Source of the DNA: a virus
Lineage: Duplodnaviria > Caudoviricetes
Direction: 5' to 3' (one strand)
DNA length: 52,509 nt
Virus record (IMG/VR): IMGVR_UViG_3300031576_000060
Span: 1-52,509 of that record
Positions 27,139 to 36,081 of the stretch are shown piece by piece. The notes beneath the pieces are model-generated. The model did not search any database and was not told where the DNA came from. It worked only from the letters and a program-made list of their open reading frames with translations. Made by a program: the position numbers and the translations under genes. Numbering within the stretch: position 1 is the stretch's first letter; every line of letters starts with the position of its first letter.

Positions 27139-28623
27139 TCACCTGTCGTGCTGGCACGAGAAGCAGTCGGATGGCTTCTCGAATTCCTCGACCGATCCGC
27201 AGGAGCAACCGGTCCACGTCCCGCGTGATCGGGGCCGTGAACGGCCGCCGGGCTGACCGCAGCTCTGATGACTGGCGCCCTTGTCCTTCGACCAGTTGAT
27301 CATCTCGCCGACGTCGATGTAGCGACCGCAGACCTTGCACGTCCCTCGGAACTTGGCCGGAAAAGCCGCCTCGCGGCGCGCCACCCCCACGGACGCGGAC
27401 ATCCGCTCGAAGTCGGCGAATGACGATCCGCACGACCCGCATGAGCCACCAGGCCCAACCGGCTCGTCACAGCCTGGGCACCGGACATCGTCCTGCTGGG
27501 CCGTCTTGGACGCCTCCGTGAGGCTGCGGAGGGGATCGACGCTCCCGTGCCCCATGGCGACCTGGTCGAGATCGTCGGGCGTGGTGGCGTCGACGTACTG
27601 GTCGGCGCAGTCGGGGCAGAGGAGCCCCTCACCCGCCATCTCGTACCCGTCGGTCGCGTCGCGCCCACACGACCGGCAGGTCGCTGATGGCTCACGGCGC
27701 TCGTCCTCTTCGGGGTCGCGCGCGGTCTTCTCGCCCGAGTCTTCGGTCGGTTTGGCCGACGGGATCGACGGGATCGTGAGCCCCTGGGCCGTCCTGTCGA
27801 CGCTCCCGTCCCGCTGCTCCGCGCACGCCTCGCACTCGCCGGACGCCCCCTTCCAATCGCCAGCGGGCGGCGCGCCGCCACACATCGAGCACTCCGTCTT
27901 GCCATCGAACGTGCCGGAGGCGACCCGGGCGAACTTGACGCTCGCGGACCCGCAGTCCGGACAACCCGGATTGCCGTCCTGGTCGACGAACTCGTCGCGC
28001 GGCGCGAACCACCCGCACGCCCCGCACTCCGCCATGCCGGGCTCGACTTGTGCGGTCCTGGTAGCTGTCATCCGGTAGGCGGTCGGGAGGGCCGTGTCGA
28101 ACTTGTCGATCGATCCGACGAACCCGCACCCGATGCACCGGGTCGAGTCCACGTCCGCCATCTTGGCGGCCATCTCGCCCGACCCCCACGTCTGACCGGA
28201 CGACTGGATCGCCCGGTTGGTCCCGCAGGCCGGACAGACGAGCGCGCGGAACGCGGCCTGGTGGACAAGCCGCTCGAACGCGTCGACCGACATCCCTTTC
28301 GCCACCGCCATCGGAATGGTTGTTGCGGTCTCTCCGCTTGTATGTAGCGGGGCGCCCGAAAGTACGCGCGCGATCTTCCCGTACCCGACCTTGTCCCCCT
28401 CCTTGATGCCGTGCGCCCGGCAGAACCCACCCGCCACCTCGACGACCGCGGCGGTCCGCGGGTAGCTCCAGTGTCGCAGATCACCTGGCTGTAGGTTGTG
28501 GACGATCTTACCGATTGTCCCATCCGCACGAATGAAAACGATGTCCAACGGAAACTGGACCCCTGCCATCCAGAAGGTCTCGTGGCGCTCCAATGCTTCA
28601 CGCCGCAATGCTTCACGCCGCAT
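27139..28623 (-). CDS. C-terminal half of a DUF192 domain fused to a string of Zn-ribbon modules (putative polyprotein)
   Basis: FWMAGVQFPLDIVFI...VVEVAGG...GIKEGDKV; then RTAQ, RVAS, RTAQ, KTAQ, RREAA-delimited CxxC modules. Confidence 0.8.
   Translation of the reverse strand: MRREALRREALERHETFWMAGVQFPLDIVFIRADGTIGKIVHNLQPGDLRHWSYPRTAAVVEVAGGFCRAHGIKEGDKVGYGKIARVLSGAPLHTSGETATTIPMAVAKGMSVDAFERLVHQAAFRALVCPACGTNRAIQSSGQTWGSGEMAAKMADVDSTRCIGCGFVGSIDKFDTALPTAYRMTATRTAQVEPGMAECGACGWFAPRDEFVDQDGNPGCPDCGSASVKFARVASGTFDGKTECSMCGGAPPAGDWKGASGECEACAEQRDGSVDRTAQGLTIPSIPSAKPTEDSGEKTARDPEEDERREPSATCRSCGRDATDGYEMAGEGLLCPDCADQYVDATTPDDLDQVAMGHGSVDPLRSLTEASKTAQQDDVRCPGCDEPVGPGGSCGSCGSSFADFERMSASVGVARREAAFPAKFRGTCKVCGRYIDVGEMINWSKDKGASHQSCGQPGGRSRPRSRGTWTGCSCGSVEEFEKPSDCFSCQHDR
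28591..28620. repeat. 15-nt tandem duplication at the HNH/DUF192-C junction
   Basis: caatgcttcacgccg x2. Confidence 0.9.
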
Positions 28624-29287
28624 GACTCAACCCCTTCGCCAAAAACTCGGCCGCGGTCAAGTTGTGCTTACGTGCGTTGCACCGCCTGCACGCGCAGCAC
28701 AAGTTCTCTGGCCAGTTAGTCGGTGATAGCTCAGGCCGCGAGATCGGGATCTTGTGATCGACCTGATAGCCACCGCGCAGATCGTCACCACAGTAAAAAC
28801 AGCGGCCACCTTGTTCTTCGTACAGGCGCAAGATGTCCGATGGTGTGAAAGAACCCGGGAGTCCAGCCAGAAACGCGCGACGTCTCGCAGCACGCGCTCG
28901 ATTCAGCTCGGGGTGCGTCTTGCTCCACTTCGCACAGGCAGTGCGTACTGCATCGGGATGACGCAGCCAGCGGCGTACACCCTCAGCTCGTTTGGCAGCA
29001 AGGCGTTCTTCTTCAGTCCGGACCGGGCGTAGCGCGCGTGGCGGTTTCGCAACAACGATCATCTCACGCCGAGCCCTCACACGCCGCTTGTACGGCTCCG
29101 GATTCCGCGCGTAGCGATCCCTATCGTACGCACGAGCTGCCTCCAAGTTCTGGGTTCGTCGCGCCTTGAGCACCTGCTGATTGCATTCGCGGCAGATCGG
29201 GTAGAGGCCATCACAACGATTCTTGTCGCGAGGGAAGAAGTCAGGGCTGGCAGGTCGCTCCTGCCGGCATGTTGAGCAACGCTTCAC
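28613..29287 (-). CDS. HNH endonuclease inserted within a DUF192 gene; paralog of 12845..13522
   Basis: GTG 29287 after GGAGG; KRCSTC...CREC; CFYC...VDHKIPI...NLCCACRRCNARK. Confidence 0.9.
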   Translation of the reverse strand: MKRCSTCRQERPASPDFFPRDKNRCDGLYPICRECNQQVLKARRTQNLEAARAYDRDRYARNPEPYKRRVRARREMIVVAKPPRALRPVRTEEERLAAKRAEGVRRWLRHPDAVRTACAKWSKTHPELNRARAARRRAFLAGLPGSFTPSDILRLYEEQGGRCFYCGDDLRGGYQVDHKIPISRPELSPTNWPENLCCACRRCNARKHNLTAAEFLAKGLSHAA

Positions 29288-29577
29288 TTCACCTCCGGAA
29301 GGAACAGCATGCCGGCCGCCGGATGGAGTTGGTCGCGCCCCTGAAGCCCCTCGGCCCTCTTGGCCGGACTCCTGGCGACCTCGACGGTCACCTCGGTGAC
29401 GGGCTTGGGGTCGCCCGCGGAGTAAAACCACACGATCACGTGCGGCGTCGCCGTAGCCCATGACCCAGCCGTCCGCGTAGGCATCTTGGCAACACCCACA
29501 CGGCCCGCCAGCCTGCCTGCCAGCCGCGTGGCAACGTCTGGATCCACAACATCGGGACGCTTCGGATCGACGGCCAT
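29284..29577 (-). CDS. N-terminal half of a DUF192 domain
   Basis: VTVEVARSPAKRAEGLQGRDQL...GMLF, then a stop overlapping the HNH start. Confidence 0.8.
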   Translation of the reverse strand: MAVDPKRPDVVDPDVATRLAGRLAGRVGVAKMPTRTAGSWATATPHVIVWFYSAGDPKPVTEVTVEVARSPAKRAEGLQGRDQLHPAAGMLFLPEVK

Positions 29578-29583
29578 CGGGGT

Positions 29584-30035
29584 CTACTCCGTTCCCTCGC
29601 TACGCGATGTCTTCCGGTGCATCTTCCCACCGTATGTGCTTGTCGATCGATGACATCCGGCCATTCATAAGAGCGAACCGCAACTCCGGATGTCTCGCGA
29701 ACGGCTTGATGTGATCCGCGTTGATCCTGCCGCCGCGCGCTCCGCAACTCTGGGGATTCCGAGATCCTTCGCCTATGCTCAGGCGAGAAGAACCGATCGG
29801 CCAGTACCGCGGAGAGTTTCGCGCGCGTCTCTGGGCTCAATGGGTGTCGGAGCTTCTGCTTGGTCTCCTCACTGATGGTCTTGCCCTTGTGCGCCTCAGA
29901 CTGCTTTCTCCTCGATACCGGACTGCCGCATCGCCGCTTGGCTGCCTCCGACATCTTCTTTCGGGCGGCCTCGGTATGGCGCTTCCCCCAGAATGGGTTC
30001 TCCGTACCGGCCTTGCCGCGTAGCTTGGCAGCCAT
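29584..30035 (-). pseudogene. degraded NUMOD3-HNH endonuclease
   Basis: NUMOD3 repeats (NPFWGKRHTEAARKKMSEA, HKGKTISEETKQKL) in one frame; CGARGGRINADHIKPF...NGR in a second frame; CHRSTSTYGGK after a further shift, with the TLC..C segment missing. Confidence 0.75.
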
Positions 30036-30044
30036 ACCCGAACC

Positions 30045-30809
30045 CTACTCCTCTTCGTTGACGATACGGCGGAGGTCCTGTGGGTCGAGCTGGAGGTCCT
30101 CGACCGCCTTGAGGAGGGCGGCGCGCGTCTTCATCTTCTTGGCCCCCTTCACCTCGAACGTGGTGACGACCCGGCGGAGCTGGTCGTCCGTCAGGTCGTC
30201 GGGGGCGAGGGCTGGCGCTTCGGCGACTGGGGTGTCGCGGGTCGGTTCTGGCGCAGGTTCGTCCCACATGCGCGACTCCATCAGGTCGGCCGGCTCGACC
30301 AGCCGGTCTTCCTTGTTGGCGGGCTGGCGCGCCCCTTCCGCATGCCGCGCTTGCTCCGCCTGCTTGGCGGCGATCCGGGTCTTGCGAGACGACTCGAACA
30401 GTTGGTCGAGGCTCTCGTCCCCCTTGACGGGCGTGGCCTGGCTGGCCCGCTTGGCCGCTTCCGCCTGCTCGATCGCCCGCCCCTCCGCCACCAGCTTGGC
30501 GCGCTCCTGGGCCGCCTCCTCCGCCACGTTCTTGGCGGTCGCGCGCTCCGCCTGACCGGCCAGGTCGGCGGCGCGGTCCTGCTCGTCCACCACCACCTGG
30601 GCCTTCGCGCGCGCGAGCGCATCGAAGTCGATGTCCTGGATCTGGATGATGCCGGGCGTCAGGTACTTGCGGAGCTGCACGTCCCGCATGACGTCGTTGG
30701 GGTCGCGGAAGTGGTCGGCCACCCGGAAGATGCCGCCGGGCATGAGCCGCCCCTGATTGAGCGACACGACCATCTGGCTGACGTTGACGATCGCCTTCTC
30801 GGTGGCCAT
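30045..30809 (-). CDS. hypothetical protein, possibly virion-associated
   Basis: AAGGAG SD; N-terminal IVNVSQMVVSL...LMPGG domain plus charged coiled region. Confidence 0.75.
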   Translation of the reverse strand: MATEKAIVNVSQMVVSLNQGRLMPGGIFRVADHFRDPNDVMRDVQLRKYLTPGIIQIQDIDFDALARAKAQVVVDEQDRAADLAGQAERATAKNVAEEAAQERAKLVAEGRAIEQAEAAKRASQATPVKGDESLDQLFESSRKTRIAAKQAEQARHAEGARQPANKEDRLVEPADLMESRMWDEPAPEPTRDTPVAEAPALAPDDLTDDQLRRVVTTFEVKGAKKMKTRAALLKAVEDLQLDPQDLRRIVNEEE

Positions 30810-30812
30810 GGC

Positions 30813-31196
30813 CTACTCCTTGGAGGGCTTGGCCGGCTTCGTTTCGGCCTTGGCGTCTGGGCGGGCCCGTGCCGCCTCCTTGATCTTGCGCCGGTGCTCC
30901 AGCACCTTCTCGACCCGCACCTCTTCGGGGTCGCTCTCGTTCCACACGCGCCCGACGTTCCCGACCTTCAGGGTGGTGTCGCGTTCGTACATCTTGAGCG
31001 CGCCATGGTCGGTCAACCCCTTGACCGACTCGTTCGTGCGGGCCGCCTCGACGTCCGCGCCTCCCCCGGTCTTCCGGAAGAAACCGGCGACCGGCCGGAC
31101 CGACCCGGGCGCAATCCCGCGGACCTGGTCGCCGACCTTGATGGAGACGAACGCGGTCGAGACGTTCTCGAAGACCCATTCCTTGACGGTCGCCAT
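30813..31196 (-). CDS. hypothetical protein, possibly virion-associated
   Basis: GAGGGA SD; VFENVSTAFVSI...IAPGS domain. Confidence 0.75.
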   Translation of the reverse strand: MATVKEWVFENVSTAFVSIKVGDQVRGIAPGSVRPVAGFFRKTGGGADVEAARTNESVKGLTDHGALKMYERDTTLKVGNVGRVWNESDPEEVRVEKVLEHRRKIKEAARARPDAKAETKPAKPSKE

Positions 31197-31208
31197 GTTG
31201 TCCCTCTC

Positions 31209-34200
31209 CTACTCGGTCGCTTCGGCAGGCGCGACCTGCGGGGCCGCCTGCTCGCTCGTCATGAACGAAACGGTCGCGATGCCAGCGTCGACATCGATGT
31301 CTTCCACGGTGGGGTCGGCGCTGAACCCCCAGTTCTTCGTCGAGTTGCGGTCGGTCGCCTGCCGCTGGCCGATCTCGCGCGTCACGTACGAGCGGATCTG
31401 CTGCTTGATCCCCTCGGTCGACATGGCCGCAAGCGACTCGGGCTCCCACGAGAGATCCCAGACGACACGGTCGCCTTTGCTCCGCTCGTTCGACTTCTCG
31501 AACTGGATGCCGGCTGCGGCGGGCGGCATGCCAAGCGGCTGGGCGCGACGACGAGATGCGCTCGCGTCGAGCGGCTCGCACTCCGGGCAGCCAGGCAGGT
31601 CGATGCCGTACGGCTTTCCCGGGACCGGCCTGGATCGCTGCTGGGCCTGCCGGCCCCCAACCGCCGCGACACACGCGGGGCACCAGAACTCTTCGGCCGA
31701 CAGGTTGCCGGAGCCCTGGCCGCCCGACTCCTGGTAGACGTCGCGATGCACGTACGTCATGGCGCCCGGCGCGACGGGCTGGCCGCACAGCGTCGTGTCG
31801 AAGTCGTCGGTGATGTGGGTCGCGTCCGCCTGTGCCTGGTGGACCGCCGCGTCGAACCAGCCGCCCGGCGCCTCGCCCCCCTCATCCCGGTAGGTGCAGT
31901 CGCGGCACTGGTACCCCTTCGCCTTCTCCTGCGCGGAGATGGCGTCCGGCTTCCCGCACGACGGGCACGGATACCGCTTGCCCCGCTGCGCTTCCTTCTC
32001 GTTGTCCTCGGACGGCTTGGCCTTCCCGTCCGACTTCTCCTTCATCTTCTTCTTGAACTTGTCGTCCGAGATGTCGTCGTACCAGGCGGCCAGCCGCTCG
32101 AACACGCTCGCGTCCTTCGCGAGGTCGATGTCGTAGCTGCCGCACTTCGGGCACTTGGGCTCCGGCGAACTCGTCTTGAACGTCTTGCCGCACTCCAGGC
32201 ACTCGACCGACATCTTGTCGGCCGCGTCCTTGTCGTGCCCCCACTCACGATCGATCTCCTCGAAGAAGTCGCTGACCCGCTCGTCCGGCTGGTCGAACGG
32301 ATGGTCGATCCCCCACTCCTTCGCCTTGTCCTCGACGAACCGCTGGTACTCGTTCTTGTCGGCCTCGCGGGTCGTGTCCTCGAACGTCTCGGGGCCCTCG
32401 GGGGTCTCGTCCATGGTGACGGGACCGCCGAGCGGCGCGTCGGGGGCGGGCGGAGCAGCTCGGCGGCGCGCCTGGATGCTGGTCACCGCGTCCGACCCGC
32501 ACTCCGGGCAAGTCCAGTAATCGTCCTTCGTGACCTCGAACCGGTTGTTGCACTGCTGGCACCGGACCTTCGTCGGACCTTCGGTCGGGGTCGGGTTGGA
32601 GTAGGGCTTGTACTTCTCCGGCTGGTAGTCGGCGTCCTGCTCGAACGACTCGTCCGGCTGCTCGTCCATCTGGCCGAGCTGCTGCATCCCACGGGTCGCG
32701 CAGTAGAACGACGGGGTGCCATCATCGTCGTCCCCGAACCCCCCGTTCATCCGCTGCTGGTCCGACGCCTTCATAGGCGCCGTGCTGGTCTCGGCCCACG
32801 CCTGACCCTCTTGGTCCATGCCGTACGCATCGGCCCGCTGGCATTCACCATCACCCTCGATCGAACAGCCGGCCTGCTCGCAATCACCGCAGAGCGCTGG
32901 CTTGCCATCCCCGTCGATCGCGACATCGAAGCAGTCGCGGCACGCGCAGTCCGTGTAGCCCGATGCCACCCGACCACCGGTCGCATCCTTGATGGCGTCC
33001 TGTTGGGCGGCCTTGTCGTACCCGCCGACCGCCGGATGGCACGGGCAGTCGCAAGGCCACGGGCACTTGTCCAGCGCGCTCGACAGCCCGGATTCCGGCC
33101 CGTCGTACTCGTGGCACGGGCAGTCACAGGCCCCCTCGCACGAGTCGATCGCATTCGACAGGTACGATGCACGACGGCTCGCCTGCTTCCCCATCGCCGC
33201 TTCGCACTCTGGGCACCAGCCCATGTACTCCCGGACGCTCGGGTCGGTGCGCTCCCACACGACCGGGTCGCTCACCCCCATCGTCCCCGGATCCACCGGC
33301 TGACCACAGAGGGTTGTGCGCTTGTCCTTGCTGATGTGCAGCGGTTCTTCTCCGGATGGTGGCTGCTGATCCATCGCCCACGGCTCGGGCCCAGTCGCTC
33401 GCCGGCTCTTCTTCCAATGCGCTGGCGCAGCGTCCCTGAGTTCGTAACCCTTCTCCCTCGCCCATTCGATCAGGGAGTTGGGATCCTCGGAAGCCGCACC
33501 ATCCACGTACTGGTCGTTCGCATCGAACACGTCGATGCGCCAATACCCCGGGCCCCCACTGATGACTCCGTAGCTCCCATTGACCCCCTGCGCTCGCCTA
33601 CTCGCCCCACTGGGCGTACCGACGCCTGTCTCTACCGGGGCACCTGCTGACGGGGCACCGCTAGGGGTCTTGCGCTTCGGCTTCCATCCGAACTCATCGC
33701 CCCGCTCGGGCCCCTCGTCGCCCGTGTCGGCCGCCCGGCCCGCCACATCGCTGGGCCCGACGATCGCGTCCAGTTCGCGGGCGTACTCCTCGAACAACGG
33801 GTCGCCGGTCGTCTCGTCCACCCCCGCCATCGCTTCGGCGTCGTAGCCGCACGCCTGGCACGTGCCGGTGCCGGGCGACCACTGAGGGACGGGTGCATCG
33901 CACAGTGGGCAACCGTCTTCGCCGCCCTCCTGCTCGACCTCATCCATGAACTGGCCGCGCTTCTGCCCGACCCGCGGGCTCGACGTCTCCTGCTCGATGG
34001 CAGCCGCCAACCACTGCTCGGCGAACGCCTGCGCCTCTTCGAGCGACCCGAACTTCCGCCCGTTCGCCGCGTCCACCCACGTGAACACGTCGTACGTGTC
34101 GAACTTGAACTCGCCGCCCCGCCCATCGATCCGCATCGGCACCTTGATGGGCCGGCCACCCTGGATGTCGATCGGGACCTTGGCCTCCGACGCCCACACG

Positions 34201-36071
34201 TCCCCGCCCTTCTCCTCCCACGCGAGCGCGGCGGTCCGGTAGTGCGCCTCGACCCACCGGAACCCCAGCGGGTTGAACGCGAACAGGTCGTCCCGGTTGG
34301 TCGGCTTGGGCACGTTGTAGCCGTCCCAGAACACGATCTTGGCCACTTCGCTCATCGAGCGACCACGCAGCCGGTCCTTGACCGTCCCCTTGATGTCCCG
34401 CTTGGTGTAGTCGGGGCCCGCGTAGCTGCCGGGTGTCGTGCCGGTCGCGATCACCCCGCCGCCCGCATCCACCGCCTCCCAGGTGTGCCACCCCTGCGCG
34501 ACCTTCTTGCCGGCCGCCATCGGTTGACCCTGGGGCATCTGCTGTTGGGCTTGCGGCTGGGGCGTCAGCGGGGCGGCGGGCTGCGCCTGTCCCTGCTGCT
34601 GTTCCTCCGGCTGCCCGTCGGGCGAGCGCGTCAACCCCATGTCGTTCAGCTCACGATGGATCCGAACCAGGTCGTCGACCCCGTCCGCCTCGACCTCCCG
34701 GCTGAACTTGCCGTCCTGATCCCACACCTCTTTCGTGCGGGCCGGGTTGACCTTGCCGGGCTGAGGGGGCGGCGAGCCACCAGGCTGTCCGGTCTGCTGT
34801 CCGGGCTGACCCGGTTGAGCGGGCTTCGGCTCGGCGGGGCGCTCGGGCTCCATGGGGTTCTGCTGGGCGCTCCGGCCCGCACGTCCGAGCGGATCGGTCA
34901 GCTCCTTCTGGTAGTCGACCCCCGGACCGGGCTGCCGGTCGCGCTCCTCCCGTTCCTCCTCGGTCGTGATGCCGTAGCTCGCGGGGCACTCGCAGTCGGC
35001 GCACCCGAGGTCGTCGTGCCGGTTCTTCGGGCACCGGCACCCCGCGCACTCGTTCGATTGAGCGGTCCGGCCGACCAGCAGGTCGATCTGTTGGTCGCTC
35101 ATCTCGGCGATCGCCCCGTCCGACCAACCGGCCGCACGGAGCTGGGCGCGTCGCGACCCTTCCACCTGGATGACGCCAGCCGCCTCGTCGTAGTACCGAA
35201 CCCAGCCGTTCGGCCACCTGACCGCCACGGCGCCCGGGTGCTGGGGCACGTCGGTCGCGACCTCCCCGACCGTCCCGACCGGTACCGCGTCATCGACCTC
35301 TTGGACCCCGTAGCCCGGTTCGTCCGGATCCTTCTCGGGCGCCACCTTGGTGACCTGCTGGGCGCGCCGACGCCCTACGGACGCGTACGCGCGGTCGGGA
35401 TGACCCTCCTGCACGGCCGTCAGCTCCTCGAACGCTTGGTCGATCGAGCCGGCCTGCCGGTGGCCCGTCTTCGCGCGCTCCAGCAGCTCCCACCCGATCC
35501 CCACCATCTCGCCGAGCGACATCGCCGTGAACTTCTGTTGGTTGTTGGGGCTGAGGGCATCGTGGACCTGGACCAACATGTTGGCGGTGGTGGCGTCGAG
35601 TAGCGTGCCCTCCACCTCCTCGGCCTGATGGTTCTGCACGATCCGCCTGGCCACCTCGATGGTGTCGGCCGAGCTGACGCGCGGCTGCCCTGTTCCATCG
35701 GCCGGTTCATCGGCGACCGGGTAGCCGTCGGGCGGAGGTTCGCGGGTGACGGGTGGGGCGTCCGCCTTCTTCTCGCCCTCCAGCTCCAGGTAGAACTGGG
35801 CCTGGTGGCCCATGACGCTCGCCCTATCCTTCTTCAGCCTGACCCGATCGCCCACCTGAAAACCACCTGCTTGCGCGACTCGCGCGCCCACCGCGAACGC
35901 GTCCCCATGGATCGCGGCACGAACGAGCCCACGACCGATCTGGTCGATCGTGGGGCGTTGAAGAGCGCGGCGCGCTTCTTCGCCGCGGGCCTCGTGGGTC
36001 TGGTGGAACGCCGCATCCGTGATGGGTCCGGCGGGGCGGGCTCGACGTGCTGGTTGGCGGGTCGACATCAT
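31209..36071 (-). CDS. about 1620-aa acidic modular protein (putative virion polyprotein of many small Zn-ribbon/SH3-like modules)
   Basis: GGGAGG SD before ATG 36071; more than 20 (R/K)-x-A-(Q/S/D/A) motifs separating 30-90 aa modules. Confidence 0.8.
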   Translation of the reverse strand: MMSTRQPARRARPAGPITDAAFHQTHEARGEEARRALQRPTIDQIGRGLVRAAIHGDAFAVGARVAQAGGFQVGDRVRLKKDRASVMGHQAQFYLELEGEKKADAPPVTREPPPDGYPVADEPADGTGQPRVSSADTIEVARRIVQNHQAEEVEGTLLDATTANMLVQVHDALSPNNQQKFTAMSLGEMVGIGWELLERAKTGHRQAGSIDQAFEELTAVQEGHPDRAYASVGRRRAQQVTKVAPEKDPDEPGYGVQEVDDAVPVGTVGEVATDVPQHPGAVAVRWPNGWVRYYDEAAGVIQVEGSRRAQLRAAGWSDGAIAEMSDQQIDLLVGRTAQSNECAGCRCPKNRHDDLGCADCECPASYGITTEEEREERDRQPGPGVDYQKELTDPLGRAGRSAQQNPMEPERPAEPKPAQPGQPGQQTGQPGGSPPPQPGKVNPARTKEVWDQDGKFSREVEADGVDDLVRIHRELNDMGLTRSPDGQPEEQQQGQAQPAAPLTPQPQAQQQMPQGQPMAAGKKVAQGWHTWEAVDAGGGVIATGTTPGSYAGPDYTKRDIKGTVKDRLRGRSMSEVAKIVFWDGYNVPKPTNRDDLFAFNPLGFRWVEAHYRTAALAWEEKGGDVWASEAKVPIDIQGGRPIKVPMRIDGRGGEFKFDTYDVFTWVDAANGRKFGSLEEAQAFAEQWLAAAIEQETSSPRVGQKRGQFMDEVEQEGGEDGCPLCDAPVPQWSPGTGTCQACGYDAEAMAGVDETTGDPLFEEYARELDAIVGPSDVAGRAADTGDEGPERGDEFGWKPKRKTPSGAPSAGAPVETGVGTPSGASRRAQGVNGSYGVISGGPGYWRIDVFDANDQYVDGAASEDPNSLIEWAREKGYELRDAAPAHWKKSRRATGPEPWAMDQQPPSGEEPLHISKDKRTTLCGQPVDPGTMGVSDPVVWERTDPSVREYMGWCPECEAAMGKQASRRASYLSNAIDSCEGACDCPCHEYDGPESGLSSALDKCPWPCDCPCHPAVGGYDKAAQQDAIKDATGGRVASGYTDCACRDCFDVAIDGDGKPALCGDCEQAGCSIEGDGECQRADAYGMDQEGQAWAETSTAPMKASDQQRMNGGFGDDDDGTPSFYCATRGMQQLGQMDEQPDESFEQDADYQPEKYKPYSNPTPTEGPTKVRCQQCNNRFEVTKDDYWTCPECGSDAVTSIQARRRAAPPAPDAPLGGPVTMDETPEGPETFEDTTREADKNEYQRFVEDKAKEWGIDHPFDQPDERVSDFFEEIDREWGHDKDAADKMSVECLECGKTFKTSSPEPKCPKCGSYDIDLAKDASVFERLAAWYDDISDDKFKKKMKEKSDGKAKPSEDNEKEAQRGKRYPCPSCGKPDAISAQEKAKGYQCRDCTYRDEGGEAPGGWFDAAVHQAQADATHITDDFDTTLCGQPVAPGAMTYVHRDVYQESGGQGSGNLSAEEFWCPACVAAVGGRQAQQRSRPVPGKPYGIDLPGCPECEPLDASASRRRAQPLGMPPAAAGIQFEKSNERSKGDRVVWDLSWEPESLAAMSTEGIKQQIRSYVTREIGQRQATDRNSTKNWGFSADPTVEDIDVDAGIATVSFMTSEQAAPQVAPAEATE

Positions 36072-36081
36072 GGCCTCCCGG

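Noticed and set aside
28590-29300. Group I intron or gene-60-style ribosomal bypass restoring DUF192
   Set aside because: The HNH ORF fills the whole insertion, leaving no room for an intron core. The AAG codons downstream that match the take-off codon are in the wrong frame, and the C-half has its own start.
29436-29583. C-terminal part of track ORF 29436..30035 as a real protein tail
   Set aside because: It is out-of-frame read-through from the frameshifted NUMOD3-HNH pseudogene and overlaps the DUF192 N-half gene.
30342-33650. Very long plus-strand ORFs (also 3698..5710, 13558..15699, 20896..22941, 36019..38187, 42707..44665, 45679..47544)
   Set aside because: They are antisense shadows of GC3-biased minus-strand genes, with L/V/R/G-rich translations and no recognisable motifs.
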